NCBI GenBank assembly: GCA_052426225.1
Contig: JBNJNM010000006.1
Span: 2,790,001 to 2,854,000, forward strand
Direction of reading: 5' to 3'
Length of the DNA stretch: 64,000 nucleotides
From: Zancudomyces culisetae HAW-14-8
Taxonomy: Eukaryota; Fungi; Kickxellomycota
Under the pieces are notes generated by a model that was not told the origin of the DNA, ran no database searches, and saw nothing but the letters and a program-made list of their open reading frames with translations. A program made the translations under genes and the position numbers. Numbering within the stretch: position 1 is the first letter of the stretch; every line of letters starts with the position of its first letter. Shown piece after piece: positions 11,654-24,437 of the stretch.

Positions 11654-12703
11654 TCAGCGTATTTGGTTTGTTTTGTTCATTTTGAGCATACGATATTTTT
11701 GAATTGCCATTTCTCTTTCCTTTTCGAGGTTGTTGATTTGGTAGGGCGACAAATGCTCTTGCGATTTTTTCAGCTGTCTACGCTTTTCGTTCATTTTATC
11801 TAGTGGAGAGCTTTTGTTTGGATTTTTGACTCTGCTGGTTCTTTTCACCATCTCCCCGATTGCATCCTGCTTGCTAAATTTGGATATACTGTTTGCTACA
11901 TCTACTGTTTTGCTACCTGCAGCATTTCTACTGTTCATGTTTTGGCTTTCTGTTTTTGAAATTGTCTTTACGGAAGGGTAAACAATCTTTTTAAAGGTTT
12001 GTTTAGGCAATTGTGTAAACTTTGGTGGAGCTTCAGCTACATCATTAAACCTGATTCCATTATTGATACCTTCGACAGCTAGTTTCTTTTCAATTCGTTT
12101 TTCATCGACTTTTACCCGTTTTGCCAACTTCTTATCGAGTTGCTTTTCTTTACGGTTTTGTTGATTCCTAAACTTTCTATCGGAAGTTTTCTCTTCAGTA
12201 TTAAAGTCAGTTGCATTACTATTTGATTTTTTAGCTTTCTTGTTTTTGGAAGCATGTGAACTTTTATCAGGACCAGGGAGTTTTACCATTGGAATTTTTT
12301 GCAATTCTTGCTTCACACTTTCCTTGACACGCCGTTTAAACTCCTGATAAGTTTCTCCCTCCCCAAGTTTCAATTGCAAACCCTCATTTTTGTTCTTTTT
12401 CTTGCTTGTGGTTGTGTTTTTATCATTCTCCTGTAATCTCATTACTCGGAGAAACTTTTTAGGAGCGTCTTCCTCAAAAGATACACTGGTTTCCTTTCTC
12501 TTTCTTGATACCTTCCCAAAAACCTGAGTTGGTGGTAGATCATGCACCTCACTATTGGTAATTATCAGCAAAGTTGTGGTTATCGAATTTAACTTATCCA
12601 CAAGGTACCCTATCCCCAAAATTGCAAATTAGAAAATAAAAACAAATACATACTCGTTTTCTGTCGGATTTGATTCCTTTCTCTTCTTGAACTTTTTGAC
12701 CAT
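11654..12703 (-). CDS. CCDC137-like basic nucleolar coiled-coil protein. Two exons: 12703-12654 and 12551-11654
   Basis: ATG at 12703 (MVKKFKKRKESNPTEND) with intron GTATGT..AATAG. Motifs HDLPP, DAPKKFLRVM, GETYQEFKRRV, RFNDVAEAPPKF and EREMAIQKYRMLK resemble the CCDC137 family. Confidence 0.7.
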
Positions 12704-15516
12704 TTCGAACTGATTTCTCCCTAATTGATCTTTAGCTTCGTGAAATAGCTTTTAAAAATTTTTTATTGTACAACTGTAGATCAGAGTAAAAAATTAGAAA
12801 CATATTTTTTTTTTGAAATGCTGAAATCGTAAATTTGTGGTATTGGTTTGGTTGTGGAAATATGTCCAACAAATGTTGAACTACACCTATTTGTTCAAAT
12901 TCGATACTTTTTCATGTTTGTAGCAATAGATTGTGCTAGACATTGCTGCTAGTATTGAGGATAATGGTAGGCACGATATTCTAAAAGTGTATCAAAGCAG
13001 TTCTTTAATTACTGGTATTCAATGGTGTAACGATCCAGTTGACCTGTTAAAACTTGATTTTGACTTTATAAGTATACTTATTTCAAAATATTAACAATAT
13101 CATAAGGCGAGTGAAGGTTTGTTGTTAAAGGTTATGTGAGTTTCAATTTGAGTAATGCTTGAAAAGCAAAATGGCAAATAAATACCTGTTAAATGAAATT
13201 GGCCAGGGGTTAAAGTACAAGTAATGACGTGAACTTTCACTGAAGATTGCATTTTATGCTATTTTTTGATATTTATTTTGAGCATATAAATACCATATGC
13301 TTGAAAATAAGAGATATAATTTAATTATTAATACTAACATAAAAGTTCAAAATACCCGAAAAGATATCCAAAAATGAGGATTGAGGTATTAAGAACCTTT
13401 GTACAACTAGTGAATTTAGGTGTCTACGACAGTAGAAATGTATTGCAAGTTCATAAATAATAACCTCTACACAAATACCGAGAATAGTAAAGCGATTTAA
13501 AAATTTCTGAAACGCAGTACCTGTAATTGAAATTAAGGCTGATATTGAACATTTCACTAGACTAGATGCTGGAAGGAATGAAATATGCTTTTATGCTTTT
13601 TTTCTTTCATTTATGTATTTATTATTTTTATTTAAATGGTTGTGTATATATAAGTATATAGACACAAAGATAAATATAAAAAACTGACTAACTGAAAAAT
13701 CTAAACAATTCTGAACCTTATGACATATGGTTTATTGATACTCTGAAGGTTAGTATGGTGTAGATAGTAGGACTAAAAAATCAAGTTTGAATTAAATTAA
13801 CTAGTATACTATGGTTGAATCAGTTTGCGTATATAGATGATTCGCAGTCATTGGAAGCTATATTTATCACTTTGTCACGATGATTGCGGATGTACCCAAG
13901 CCGTGATATACTCTGGTATACCCGAGCTAGGTGATGAGTTGGGTATGGTATTAAGCAGATTTAGTGTGGGTATTGTAAAAGTGTTTTTTTTTTGAATTAA
14001 TTAAACTAGGCACACAGCTTTAACAAAGTAGGTAGATTCTGGGCACCAATAAGAAAAGGCACTTGGTATTTCAACTCAAATATGCATGATCATTCTGAAA
14101 TTAACTGTAATTGCTTTATTTTTAGTACAGTCTGGTTGATGAGCTATGGAGAACTTCGAAATAACCGGTAATTATCATATACGGGTTTTCAAATGTTGAA
14201 AGTATGCGAATGCTACTTTAAATGGGTAAAATCAAATTATCATTAAAAAAATTGCGCAGGTTAATAAAAGCTTTAATGTTGTTGGAATAACACAGAGCTT
14301 AATTAGGATATGGTGATTAAAGATTAGGTGACGATATATAACAATGGGGAAATAAGTATATGATGAGGATTTGTAAAATTCCTTGTTATACCAAAGCCAA
14401 AAAGATATAAAATAATATGCAATTAATATTCGTGTCGGTAATTATATATATTTTCTATAAATAACATCAGCAATTTAGCTTTTAATATAAAAATAAAACA
14501 GAAAATAAGCAGGCCATTTAAAGCATCAGAGGGTAAAATAAATAGTAGACTCAACCCATCAACCTAGTCACCAAGAAAAGTATCGAATTTGAAAAATTGT
14601 GATAGAAAGTTGACAAATTATGTACAGTGAAGGGGAGGGTAATCAAAATGAATGGGTATGTCCCAAAACAACTTGTGTGACGCAAACTGTATATTACCTT
14701 GTGAATATCTTGTATCACAGAGTTAAGGCTTATAGAACGTGGGTAAGGACTATAGTTGATTGTATATAGTGATGAGAAGAGTGATTTATCCAACTTCAAG
14801 CTAAAAAGCCCCAGTAATATATACTCTGTCTTTGTAAAATGTAGATAGAACGCAGAATGGTGTGGGGCTGTTTTTTGTTCACAGGTTGATTATAACCCAT
14901 GAGTACGTAAAAAAGTTTAATTCAAATATTACGTTTTATGGCAAACTTGGAAAATAGTACAAATGGAAAAAGAAAAGATATTGTCCTGATAAAAGCTGAA
15001 AAAAGAGACCAAAACTTACAAGACCAATGAAAACAATGTAATTTTCAATAAATTACCAAATTTGTCAAAAGCTGGAAAAAAAATTTAATGTAAAGTAAAG
15101 GATTTACATAAAACGAATAATGATATTTGTTATACAAAAGTAAAGACAATGGTCAGGATTTGTAATAAACACTGATGTTCATTAGAATGAGCTGGTGAGA
15201 GGAGAAACTGTAAAAAATAAAAGAAAAAAAAAGAAACACGACTGAAAATCTTGATGGTTAATTAAATAGAAATAGACTAAAAAGCATTTACGTTAAAACC
15301 AAAAATGAGGCATCATCCAAGTTAAAGATAAAAATAATAAGGATCAACAAGAAAAAAATAAAAAAGTCAGGGCCTGTAATAGAAGAGGCCGTTTTTATGT
15401 TTTGTTTATTTTATTTTATTTTAATTTCAAGGAATGAATAGTGGCACTGAATGATAAATGATTGGAATTTATAAAGTAAAAGTAAAATGTATGCAAGAAC
15501 AATAAGGTGAAAGGAA

Positions 15517-18500
15517 ATGGAAACTGCAAAGAAAAATAAAGGAAGATTGAAACTTAAAAGCCTAAATATACTGGAAAAGACGAAATCAATGGGAAAAATC
15601 GAGGAAGAAACAGTAGGCAAAAACGATCACTTCATGATGACGGTGCCAATGGTTAATATTATTCAGAATCAAAAGAAACAGGACAAAGAAAGCGAACGCT
15701 ATAGTTTTACGAATACAACAGAAAGGGAGGACAGAATGGATATCGGGGATAGGGAAGATAAAAAAGAATATTATGTGAAAGAGGTCCAAAGTAAAAAGAA
15801 GAGTGTGGAAAGCAATAAAGAGACAGAGGTGAAATGGACTCGTCCGCATGCCAAATCAGTGGATAAAAACTGGTGGTTTAAACCAAAAATAAGAAGGAAC
15901 AGGAATGTAAGGGGCGAGACAAAAGCTGTAGAAAATGTGGCAGATACAGGGGGAGATGGAGGTATTAGTCTATTTTCAGAGCTGGAGCTGTTAGGGTCAA
16001 AATATAACAAGGGAGAAGGCGGAGGAGCTATACAAAGAAAGAATACTGTTGAAGGGGAAAGAGGAAGGAATCAAATACTTCGGATAGCTGAGGAGCTAGA
16101 AAACAAGACGGAGTCATTTCTATCAAATCAACATGAACCGAGACGTATGAGCAAAAGTACAGAGCAAACAGTAGGCAGAGAGGGGGAGAGGAAACGGGTA
16201 GCAGTTACAAAGCAAGGCAGGATAAGAGGAAATAGCAGGGCAATTGAAGAAGGGAAGGACAACTCGATGGATGATGATGAGCTGTCACCACAGATATCAT
16301 TGACTAGGTTTATAGCAATGTGTGGACGTGTGAGCAGCGGGTCAGAGGAAGGACAGAGTGGCGATATAAGAAAAGAGTTGAAGCATACAAGAAGTGGACT
16401 TAGGGTTGAGGATATGCTGGATATGTTTTCAGAAGAGAAGACACAAGAAAATAAGGGAGGGAAGGTTTTGGGGAAAGAAAAGGAGGAGCCAAGTAATGAT
16501 TGGGCAAAGATTATAGATGTATTTGACAGAGATATAGAGATAGGATATAGCAACCGAGAGCTAGATGTTATAGCCAGGGTGATATATGGAAGTGGCGAGG
16601 CTACAATAGAGGAATTGTCAGAGATATGTGCAAAATTTTATAACAAGAAGTACAAAGGAGAGGATATATTAGAGCCAGAAAGGCATATAGATATACTGGG
16701 AGAACCAAGCGAGTTTGGAAAGGCAGTTTTGAAGACATATTTTGAGCTGTTTGATTTTGAGAAGGATCGGGTGGATATAGCGTTTAGAAAAGTATGTAAA
16801 AAACTATTAATTAATGGAGAGACACAGGTAATAGATAGAGTACTTTATGGGTTTGCAAAAAGGTATCAGGATTGTAACAAGGAGAAATCCGAGTTTGGAA
16901 CGGTGGAGAATGTTCATACGGTGGCATATTCGATACTGTTGTTGAATACAGATTTACACATTGCGGATTTGAGGTCAAGTGAGAGAATGAGTAAAATGGG
17001 ATATATACAAAATACGATAGAGGCACTAAAGTTTAATGAGGATGAAAAGGAGAAGGAGAAAGAGAAAGAGAAAGAGAAAGAGAGGGAAAGAGAAAGGGAG
17101 AGGGAAGAGAGACAAGAAAGAGGAGTAGGAAGAGTAAAGGGAAGGACAAAAGACGGAGAGAGAGAAAAGCGGAAAAAGGAGAGGGAAAGAAAGAAGGGGG
17201 GGAATCTAGATAATAGGATGTTTGAAGAAAGGGGCGAGCGGTGGGCAGGAAGGAAAACTTCAGTGGGATCAGAAGCAAGAATGGTATATGAAGGCTCATC
17301 TAGTAGTTTAAATGTAGATAAAACAGATGAAATAACAAGAGTGACGGGAGAAAGCGGGGCCAAAAGAATGTTTAGCACGAATAGTAGTGATAGTGTGGTT
17401 AGCGAAAATATCCGAAGATTGCAAGATGAGGTGGTATTGGTATTGAGTAGTGTGGAATCGAGCGAGAGTTTGGTAAATGGTAGAGCGGAAAGGGGAGGAA
17501 AAGTAAAGGGGAATAAGGTAACGAGTCAAGCGGAACAAGAGGATACAACAAAAATATTAGATTTGCAAGGTATGGTGGGATATGGGATTGGGATTCCGAG
17601 TATGTACAAAGGGAAGGTAGGAGGAGAGAATAATAATCAAAAGAGAAAAAAATCGTACAACAATGTTAGTTTTGACATCAGCAAGTTGGGATTAGACAAA
17701 AAACATTATTTGGCGAGTAACACAGAACAAGCAAGTATAGAAAACATTGGGAATATTTTGAAGCAGATATATGTAGGAATTAAGAGTAAGCCATTGGAAA
17801 AGCCGATGGCTAGTAAAAAAAAGAAGAAATATATCAGTATGAATACTAGTGCGAATACCAGTGCGAATGTTAGTATGGTTTATAGTGGAAATACAATTGG
17901 AATATCTAATGAAAATGAACAAGAAGTAGTGTATTTTGGTAGGGGAAGTAGTGGAGCAAGGTCAGTGATTGAAGCGGGAGGAGTGCCTAGAAAGACGTCG
18001 ATAGTAGAAAACATCAAGTCAATGAGTGGGTTGAAGCGAATGACATCGTTTGATGGAGAATTGACGAAGGGTAAAAAGGGGGAGAGCAAAGGGTTTAGAA
18101 TGAACAATGGAGTATCGATTCAAGGAATCCACAGAGGAGGAATGGTGAGTTCGGCGAGTGTTCATAAGGGAGTGGTGGTAGACAAAGGGATTGGAAATGA
18201 TGATTTGATGTATTTTGGTGGAGGGAAAGTTAAGGAGGAAGAGAAAGAGAAAGAGAAAGAGAAAGATGAAGAGGATGGAGAAAAGAACATTACGGTGGAA
18301 ATGATAAAGGAAAAGTTGATGAAAGGGATAAAGTATACCGAGACAAAGCAAACGGTAGTGGAGAGTTACTTTGCCAATCGAATGTACAGAATCGGTGGAG
18401 TATTGCGGTATAAATATACAGGGAAGCGAGTTGGAAGTCGAGGGTTTGATGCGTCGTGGGCTTTGTGTTATTTGTTTATAGACAATGCCAATCTGGAGAT

Positions 18501-20709
18501 TTTTAAGTTTATCGATGATGCACAATCGACTTACAGGTTGGGTAGTGTGTTTTTTACGGATGAGAATGAGCGACAAAGCAGCGGTCATTTGGAAAGGACA
18601 GCGAAGAATCTGTTTTTGGAAAGCATTCCACTGCGCCACACGTATTCCCAAATCATGCCTCCGCCTGGATACTCCAAAAAGAAGCCGCATGTGGTGGCGT
18701 TGTCGGCTAGTGCAGATCGGTTGTACCTGTTCCAAACAGCATCTGATGCCGAGGCGCAATACTGGGCGTCTGTAATGAATTTCTGGGCGGCGCTGGATTC
18801 GAGCGTTCCTGATCCTTCGTCGTTTGTAACCAACAAGCCAGTCTATGGATGGAACCAAGTTGCTACTACAAAGGCGAGTGTTCGAAGCATCAGCAGTACT
18901 TTTAATTCCCAAGTCACAGCAGCTCACTCGGAAAGCAACAATACGTCCAGCCCTGTATCTTTCCAGGAATCAACTAGATCTCTCTCGTCTGTTTTTAGTC
19001 CGAGCGGCAGTTTTGGAACCAATGCGACTAATTTTTTGCGTGAGTTTCGGAAACAAAGCTCCGTTCAACACTGGACTCCTCCTCTTGATCCATTTTATCC
19101 CGCATCACTCAAGTTTAAATATCTGCTATTTGTTTCTTCTAATCAATCAAGTCAACCGAATCAAGTAAGCCAATCAAACCAATCAAACCAATCAAACCAA
19201 TCAAACCAATCAAACCAATCGAGTCAATCTAATGATCAAAGCGACTTTGATTTCTTTAGTATCGCCACTGCTGATTTGCTTTCTCGCCAACTTTGTGTAT
19301 TCACTGCCCATATTGCATTGCTGGACAATGAACTAAGTGCTCACCAACTCAATTACCTTTCCATATCATCTAAACTTAAAAGTTCTAGCATCAGTGGTTC
19401 CATTTCTTCTACATCGAATTCGTCTTCCCAATCCAAAGCCCATTCCGTCACTATTCATAACTGGGAAAAACGGTCTCAATATTTATTAGCTGAACTGATA
19501 AAGTATAAAAACTATCTTGACTTGTTGGAGCGAATTCAATCTGAGATTTCTGATCTCTACATGTCTGGAAATAATCATTACCAAGCCCATATTCAAACTC
19601 AAATTCAAACTCAAACTCAATCTGTACTTTCTCATTCTGTACATTCTTTAGCTTCCTCAGTTAAAAATCACAGTAACAATAGTGTATCCACTCAAAAAAC
19701 AAACCCGAGATTTGCAAATTCACTTACTTCTCCTACTTCCAATCCTTCTCTCTCCAACATTATGTCTATCTCTAGTTACTTGCTCGACTCTTCATTCAAC
19801 AACTCTGATAATTCCACCTCTCCTTCTTCCAAACTTGATGATTCGATCAATGATTCATTCCAAAAGCTTGCTATCAACGATCCTATTCAATCTCAGTCCC
19901 AATCTCAATCCCAATCCCAATCTCAATCCCAACCTCAGTCTACACCTACATCTACATCTACCTCATCCCTCAGACCTAGAAATGGCTCTTCTTCCAATAA
20001 CGAAGTCTATTCCAACATTCTGGATTATATTGAGCTTTCCAATCTCATTTCAAACTCAAATCATACTTCCCTCTCCCTCCCTCCAACTTCCAAACCTTCT
20101 ATTTCTGCTCTTTCCTCAACTCCTGACTTGAACACTCCTACTTTTAAAAATCCAAACTATTTGGCTGTTTCCAAACCTTCTTTTACCTCCACACCCAATC
20201 CTAATTCCAATTCTAGTCCTTCTCTTAGCATCAATTCTAACTCTCCTATTCAGATTCCCTCCAAAAAATCCACTAAACTTAACTTCAAAAAACCCTCACT
20301 ATCGCTAATGTTCCAGCCCAGAGTCTCCTCTAAACTTGGTTCTATCAAGTCTTTAAACCAATCAAACCCCGAGAAATCTCACATTTTCATGAAAAAATCC
20401 AAGTTTGATGTTACTTCCATTCCCACACCTGCTTCTACTTCTGCTTCTACTTCTACTTCTCCTGTTGAATTTCCTCAGTCTGTCTCTTCCAACAGACCCG
20501 AAACCTTCAAACCTGTATCATCCGCCAAAAATGATATCTTGGCTAGTCCCTCAATTAAATCTCAACCTTCTAAGCTTAGCAACGACTATAATTCAGCTCC
20601 AATCAACCCAGAAAGTTACAAACAACGCTCTATAAGTACTAGTAGCAAAATCAGTCATCTTAGTTATGCTAGTAGTGGCAGTGCAAGTTATTTCTCTGCC
20701 AATAATTAG
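15517..20709 (+). CDS. Sec7-domain and PH-domain Arf guanine-nucleotide exchange factor (EFA6/PSD, Syt1/Yel1-like; 1730 aa)
   Basis: Sec7: FDFEKDRVDIAFRKVC...GETQVIDRVL (glutamic finger) and AYSILLLNTDLH. PH: LRHTYSQIMPPPGYSKKKPHV...YLFQTASDAEAQYW. C-terminal NWEKRSQYLLAELIKY helix. Confidence 0.9.
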   Translation: METAKKNKGRLKLKSLNILEKTKSMGKIEEETVGKNDHFMMTVPMVNIIQNQKKQDKESERYSFTNTTEREDRMDIGDREDKKEYYVKEVQSKKKSVESNKETEVKWTRPHAKSVDKNWWFKPKIRRNRNVRGETKAVENVADTGGDGGISLFSELELLGSKYNKGEGGGAIQRKNTVEGERGRNQILRIAEELENKTESFLSNQHEPRRMSKSTEQTVGREGERKRVAVTKQGRIRGNSRAIEEGKDNSMDDDELSPQISLTRFIAMCGRVSSGSEEGQSGDIRKELKHTRSGLRVEDMLDMFSEEKTQENKGGKVLGKEKEEPSNDWAKIIDVFDRDIEIGYSNRELDVIARVIYGSGEATIEELSEICAKFYNKKYKGEDILEPERHIDILGEPSEFGKAVLKTYFELFDFEKDRVDIAFRKVCKKLLINGETQVIDRVLYGFAKRYQDCNKEKSEFGTVENVHTVAYSILLLNTDLHIADLRSSERMSKMGYIQNTIEALKFNEDEKEKEKEKEKEKEREREREREERQERGVGRVKGRTKDGEREKRKKERERKKGGNLDNRMFEERGERWAGRKTSVGSEARMVYEGSSSSLNVDKTDEITRVTGESGAKRMFSTNSSDSVVSENIRRLQDEVVLVLSSVESSESLVNGRAERGGKVKGNKVTSQAEQEDTTKILDLQGMVGYGIGIPSMYKGKVGGENNNQKRKKSYNNVSFDISKLGLDKKHYLASNTEQASIENIGNILKQIYVGIKSKPLEKPMASKKKKKYISMNTSANTSANVSMVYSGNTIGISNENEQEVVYFGRGSSGARSVIEAGGVPRKTSIVENIKSMSGLKRMTSFDGELTKGKKGESKGFRMNNGVSIQGIHRGGMVSSASVHKGVVVDKGIGNDDLMYFGGGKVKEEEKEKEKEKDEEDGEKNITVEMIKEKLMKGIKYTETKQTVVESYFANRMYRIGGVLRYKYTGKRVGSRGFDASWALCYLFIDNANLEIFKFIDDAQSTYRLGSVFFTDENERQSSGHLERTAKNLFLESIPLRHTYSQIMPPPGYSKKKPHVVALSASADRLYLFQTASDAEAQYWASVMNFWAALDSSVPDPSSFVTNKPVYGWNQVATTKASVRSISSTFNSQVTAAHSESNNTSSPVSFQESTRSLSSVFSPSGSFGTNATNFLREFRKQSSVQHWTPPLDPFYPASLKFKYLLFVSSNQSSQPNQVSQSNQSNQSNQSNQSNQSSQSNDQSDFDFFSIATADLLSRQLCVFTAHIALLDNELSAHQLNYLSISSKLKSSSISGSISSTSNSSSQSKAHSVTIHNWEKRSQYLLAELIKYKNYLDLLERIQSEISDLYMSGNNHYQAHIQTQIQTQTQSVLSHSVHSLASSVKNHSNNSVSTQKTNPRFANSLTSPTSNPSLSNIMSISSYLLDSSFNNSDNSTSPSSKLDDSINDSFQKLAINDPIQSQSQSQSQSQSQSQPQSTPTSTSTSSLRPRNGSSSNNEVYSNILDYIELSNLISNSNHTSLSLPPTSKPSISALSSTPDLNTPTFKNPNYLAVSKPSFTSTPNPNSNSSPSLSINSNSPIQIPSKKSTKLNFKKPSLSLMFQPRVSSKLGSIKSLNQSNPEKSHIFMKKSKFDVTSIPTPASTSASTSTSPVEFPQSVSSNRPETFKPVSSAKNDILASPSIKSQPSKLSNDYNSAPINPESYKQRSISTSSKISHLSYASSGSASYFSANN
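17045..17110 (+). repeat. Coding (GAGAAA/GAGAGG)n repeat encoding EK/ER
   Basis: Direct reading of the sequence. Confidence 0.8.
19171..19220 (+). repeat. Coding 9-bp repeat (CAATCAAAC)x5 encoding QSN
   Basis: Direct reading of the sequence. Confidence 0.85.
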
Positions 20710-21934
20710 ATTGCCTACTTTTAGACTTGCCACAACATATCACACCACAAATATCACAAATACCACAAATACCACAAATGCATCCATCAATCAACTAAAA
20801 TTAGCTTCAGATTCTACAATCCTTTGAATGCTGTTTACTTTTTTTCTCTACTATTTATAACTATCCATTTTGTCATTTTTGGATGAGATTTTGTCCCTAT
20901 ATTCTGAATAACTTTTCCACATTCTAATCAAGAGTAAACGATGTGTCTGAATGAGTGTGTATAGCAATCATAGCAAATTTTGAATTTCACATTAATTGCC
21001 ACTTGGTTATTTACAACATGGGTTAAATTACAATTATAATACAGTATCATTGTTTTTTTTATTACTATTTTATCACATTTTAGATTTATTTATTATCCAT
21101 TTTATTAATCATTAAAGTATCTTTATAATTTATCAAACATTCATATATAATCAATAACATTTTTATAATTAACAAACATTGGTCTTTTCACTTTTTCACC
21201 TGAATCAGTATATTTATATTTATGTATGTACATTACATTTGAATGTGCATGTTCATTTCCTAGTTTACTATATAGACAAAACAAGAAAGTTACCTAGAAG
21301 GGTCCATCATGAATATTTTGTTTTGTTTTGTTATTTTAGTTATGTTTTAATCATATAAATGATTGCTGACAAATGATAATCATCCGTGTAATACAATTTC
21401 CTCTTTGATGGTGTTGTTTTTGTTCTTTCTGATTATTGTGTTTCTAAAAAGAAAGAAAACAATTTTCATTATACTAGTCAAGGGCTTTGTCCCAACTAAT
21501 CAAAAACTAATTTAAAATAGCCGCAGTTAAATATTTCAAATTAGGCTTCTAAAACGGGGGCAGATATACACTCCCTTCCACTCACTTCTCCCCAAATGGT
21601 TAAACTTCATGTACAATGACAACTACGTATAAAACATAAAAGTAACAAAAATGAGCGAGTTTTTGTGACCCAAAAGATAAAATAAACCAAATAAATAATA
21701 GGCCTTTGGTTATTCAACATTTCAATATTCGAGCATCAAAAAAATTCCATTGTTACCTGAGGCTTGTTAGTTGGCTTTTAAGTACTAAATTTCCATCCCA
21801 GTCATTTTTTTTTCTTCCTAAGGGTATTTATATTCTCAAAATTGTTGACTTTGTTTAGTTTTGTTTTTCAAATCTATATTCGTCATTATCCTTTTCAACT
21901 TGGTAAACATATAGCATTCAGATATACTTCAAGG

Positions 21935-23296
21935 ATGAGTTCTGGTTTGTACGTTGCGTATGGCGCCATTGCTTCAATGGCACTCTTGCCCATTTATTAC
22001 GGATCTTTTAACTCTATTACAAAACTAAAGGTAACTCTTTTCTCTCTATACACTTACCTCACACTCGTTTTTTTTTATCTTTCTTTTTTTTATTTGTATG
22101 ATGCTACTTTTTAGCCTAAATACCTAAAACTCTTATATTTATTTATATATGTTTTATTTTGAAATTAGGGACCCGAAAGGAAAAAAACCAAATTCTTCCA
22201 GGAATACTCCGACTCGGAAGACAGCGACGATGAAGAAGCCGAGGGTCTTACTACTCAAGATGCGTACATGTATCCAGTGTACGGGTCCGCCACTCTGCTT
22301 TCTCTATACCTTGTTCTCAAATACTTTAATGTCGATTATGTAAATATGCTGATGACTGTGTATTTTTCTGTTGCCGGGATAGGCGCCCTCGCCCACACTC
22401 TTGTTACGATTGCCAAGGGTACAACAAACATCAAGCTACCGCTCTACTACCTTAGCCTGGTCCACAAACAAAAAGAACAGTTTTTGATCAAATTCACCAA
22501 ATTGCACTTGATCACATTGGGGCTGTCGACTGTGCTCACTGGTCTCTATTTCCTACTCGAAAAGAACTGGATCCTCTCCAACCTGATTGGTCTGGCCTTT
22601 TCGTTTGGTGCAATCAAACTCATGAAGCTAGAATCCTTCAAAACTGGAATCATTATGCTCATGGGTCTGTTTTTCTACGATATTTTCTGGGTCTTTGGAA
22701 CCGAAGTCATGGTATCTGTTGCCAAGAACCTCGACGCTCCCATCAAACTGCTCTTTCCAAAGGATATTTTAAACACACCAGGCATCTTTGGTCTAAAGCC
22801 AATCAAGTCCTTTGTGATGCTGGGTCTGGGGGACATTGTCATTCCTGGAATCTATATTGCCCTCTGCCTAAGATTTGACAGAAGCCAGTATCTCAAGAAA
22901 GTTGGTTATGTGCCAAAACAACCATTGCCATCAGTTTTAAAAGGAAAGTCAAAAGGATTCAAGTTTGAAACACCATACTTCAACACTTGTTTTGTAGCCT
23001 ATATCTTTGGTTTGATAACTACTGTGTTTGTAATGCATACCTTCAAGGCTGCCCAACCCGCCTTGTTGTACTTGTCACCAGCTTGCACCTTGTCTACCAT
23101 TATCCTCGCTGCTGCTCGTGGTGAATTATCCGACTTTTTCGCTTATACTGAAGAATTCCTTCCTGAAGAAGGTAAAACTGTTTCTCCCAACCCCCAGAAA
23201 TCGTCTAGAACCAACAACAAGGACGATTTGGATGTTAATGAGAAGTACTCCTCAGTAAAAGCCAATTCTTCAAAAAAATCAAGGAAGGATGAGTAA
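21935..23296 (+). CDS. sppA: Signal peptide peptidase (GxGD intramembrane aspartyl protease, peptidase A22B; HM13/Ypf1 family). Exons 21935-22030 and 22169-23296
   Basis: FFYDIFWVFGT, LGLGDIVIPG and QPALLYLSP motifs. Intron GTAACT..ATTAG joins exon 1 in frame to the 22268 ORF. Confidence 0.93.
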
Positions 23297-23489
23297 GCCC
23301 TGTTCTAGTGAAATTTGATCTTTATATTGTATACAGAAAAATCTTGTAGTTTTCATTGTTTTTATTTCTATCAAACTTGGTGTAAAAGAAAACACAATAT
23401 AATATATATACTTTTATCATAAATAAGAAAGCTATAAACAGACTCAAAGATTTATACAAATATGAAAGGAATCATAAAGTTGCAAAAAA

Positions 23490-24437
23490 CTATTTTTTGA
23501 TTTTGGCAAGAATCTCCTTGTTGCGTTGAATTTCGTCCTTAATATTCTTTGTAACAACTGGTCTAAATTGCTGTTTTTGTCTTCTAACCGTTTTAGGTTC
23601 TCCTTCGTGTACCTTATCAAACTTGCCCATACTAGCCGTTGACGAATTTTTTGTTAGGGTCAACACCTTTTGGATCTGAGATTTGCGTTGGGTATGATTG
23701 CTCAACTTGACAATCTTGCTCTTTGATCCATCCTCTGTAGCAGCCCGCTCTTCCAGATTGCGTTTTTCACGTCGTTGGTTTTTGCTAACTCGTTCCTTGC
23801 GGTTATCAGTCAAGTGTTTACGAACATCGAAATCGTTGCTCTGGTGATCAGGAACTGGAATAAGCCATTGTTCCTCCAATTTTTTGTTGACACCCTTATA
23901 TCCCCATGATGGAACCATTTTGTCAGTATCTTCATCATATACAAGCTTGGTTCGTTTTTTCTTTTGGATTCCCTTGAGTTTCGCAAATTTCTCCCATCGG
24001 GTCAGCGGTTTGACCTTTGGAACCGGCTTTTCACGTGGCAGAACCACCAAATCGTCCAGGGAGCTTGACCCAAATTCCAAAGCTGACATTGATTTGCTCT
24101 TCTTGTTCAATCGAAGAAGTGGCTTTGGAAGCACTGCCATAGGTCCCTCGGCGACTCCTCCGTCTTCATTATCACCCTTTTTGATTGGGAGATCAAACAG
24201 CTTGTTTACAAGCAACTGCGTGACATCCCTACTGATTTCCTTCAAATACTCCTCCTGCATCTCCTCAGCCTCCGGTGTTGATTTCTCCTTTGCCGCATTG
24301 AATTTCTCCGCATCGATCATATTTCTATCGTATGCTGCCATCAAATCCAGCTGGAATTGTACTGGAACCACCTTCCCCACCACCTTTGTGCTTTTGAATT
24401 TGGCAGCGTTCGTCTTTAGTATATCCTGAACATCCAT
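23490..24437 (-). CDS. RRS1: Ribosome biogenesis regulatory protein RRS1
   Basis: SRDVTQLLVNKLFDLP, LPREKPVPKVKPLTRWEKFAKLKGI, WGYKG, STASMGKFD. Confidence 0.95.
   Translation of the reverse strand: MDVQDILKTNAAKFKSTKVVGKVVPVQFQLDLMAAYDRNMIDAEKFNAAKEKSTPEAEEMQEEYLKEISRDVTQLLVNKLFDLPIKKGDNEDGGVAEGPMAVLPKPLLRLNKKSKSMSALEFGSSSLDDLVVLPREKPVPKVKPLTRWEKFAKLKGIQKKKRTKLVYDEDTDKMVPSWGYKGVNKKLEEQWLIPVPDHQSNDFDVRKHLTDNRKERVSKNQRREKRNLEERAATEDGSKSKIVKLSNHTQRKSQIQKVLTLTKNSSTASMGKFDKVHEGEPKTVRRQKQQFRPVVTKNIKDEIQRNKEILAKIKK

Noticed and set aside
11654-12619. ORF-track start (MGIGYLVD...)
   Set aside because: It lies in an intron. The supported start is ATG 12703 with a GT-AG intron.
18019-18927. 302-aa antisense ORF, and other antisense ORFs such as 4757-5233, 23884-24429 and 27206-27718
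   Set aside because: These are shadows of real genes or TE ORFs with no recognisable motifs.
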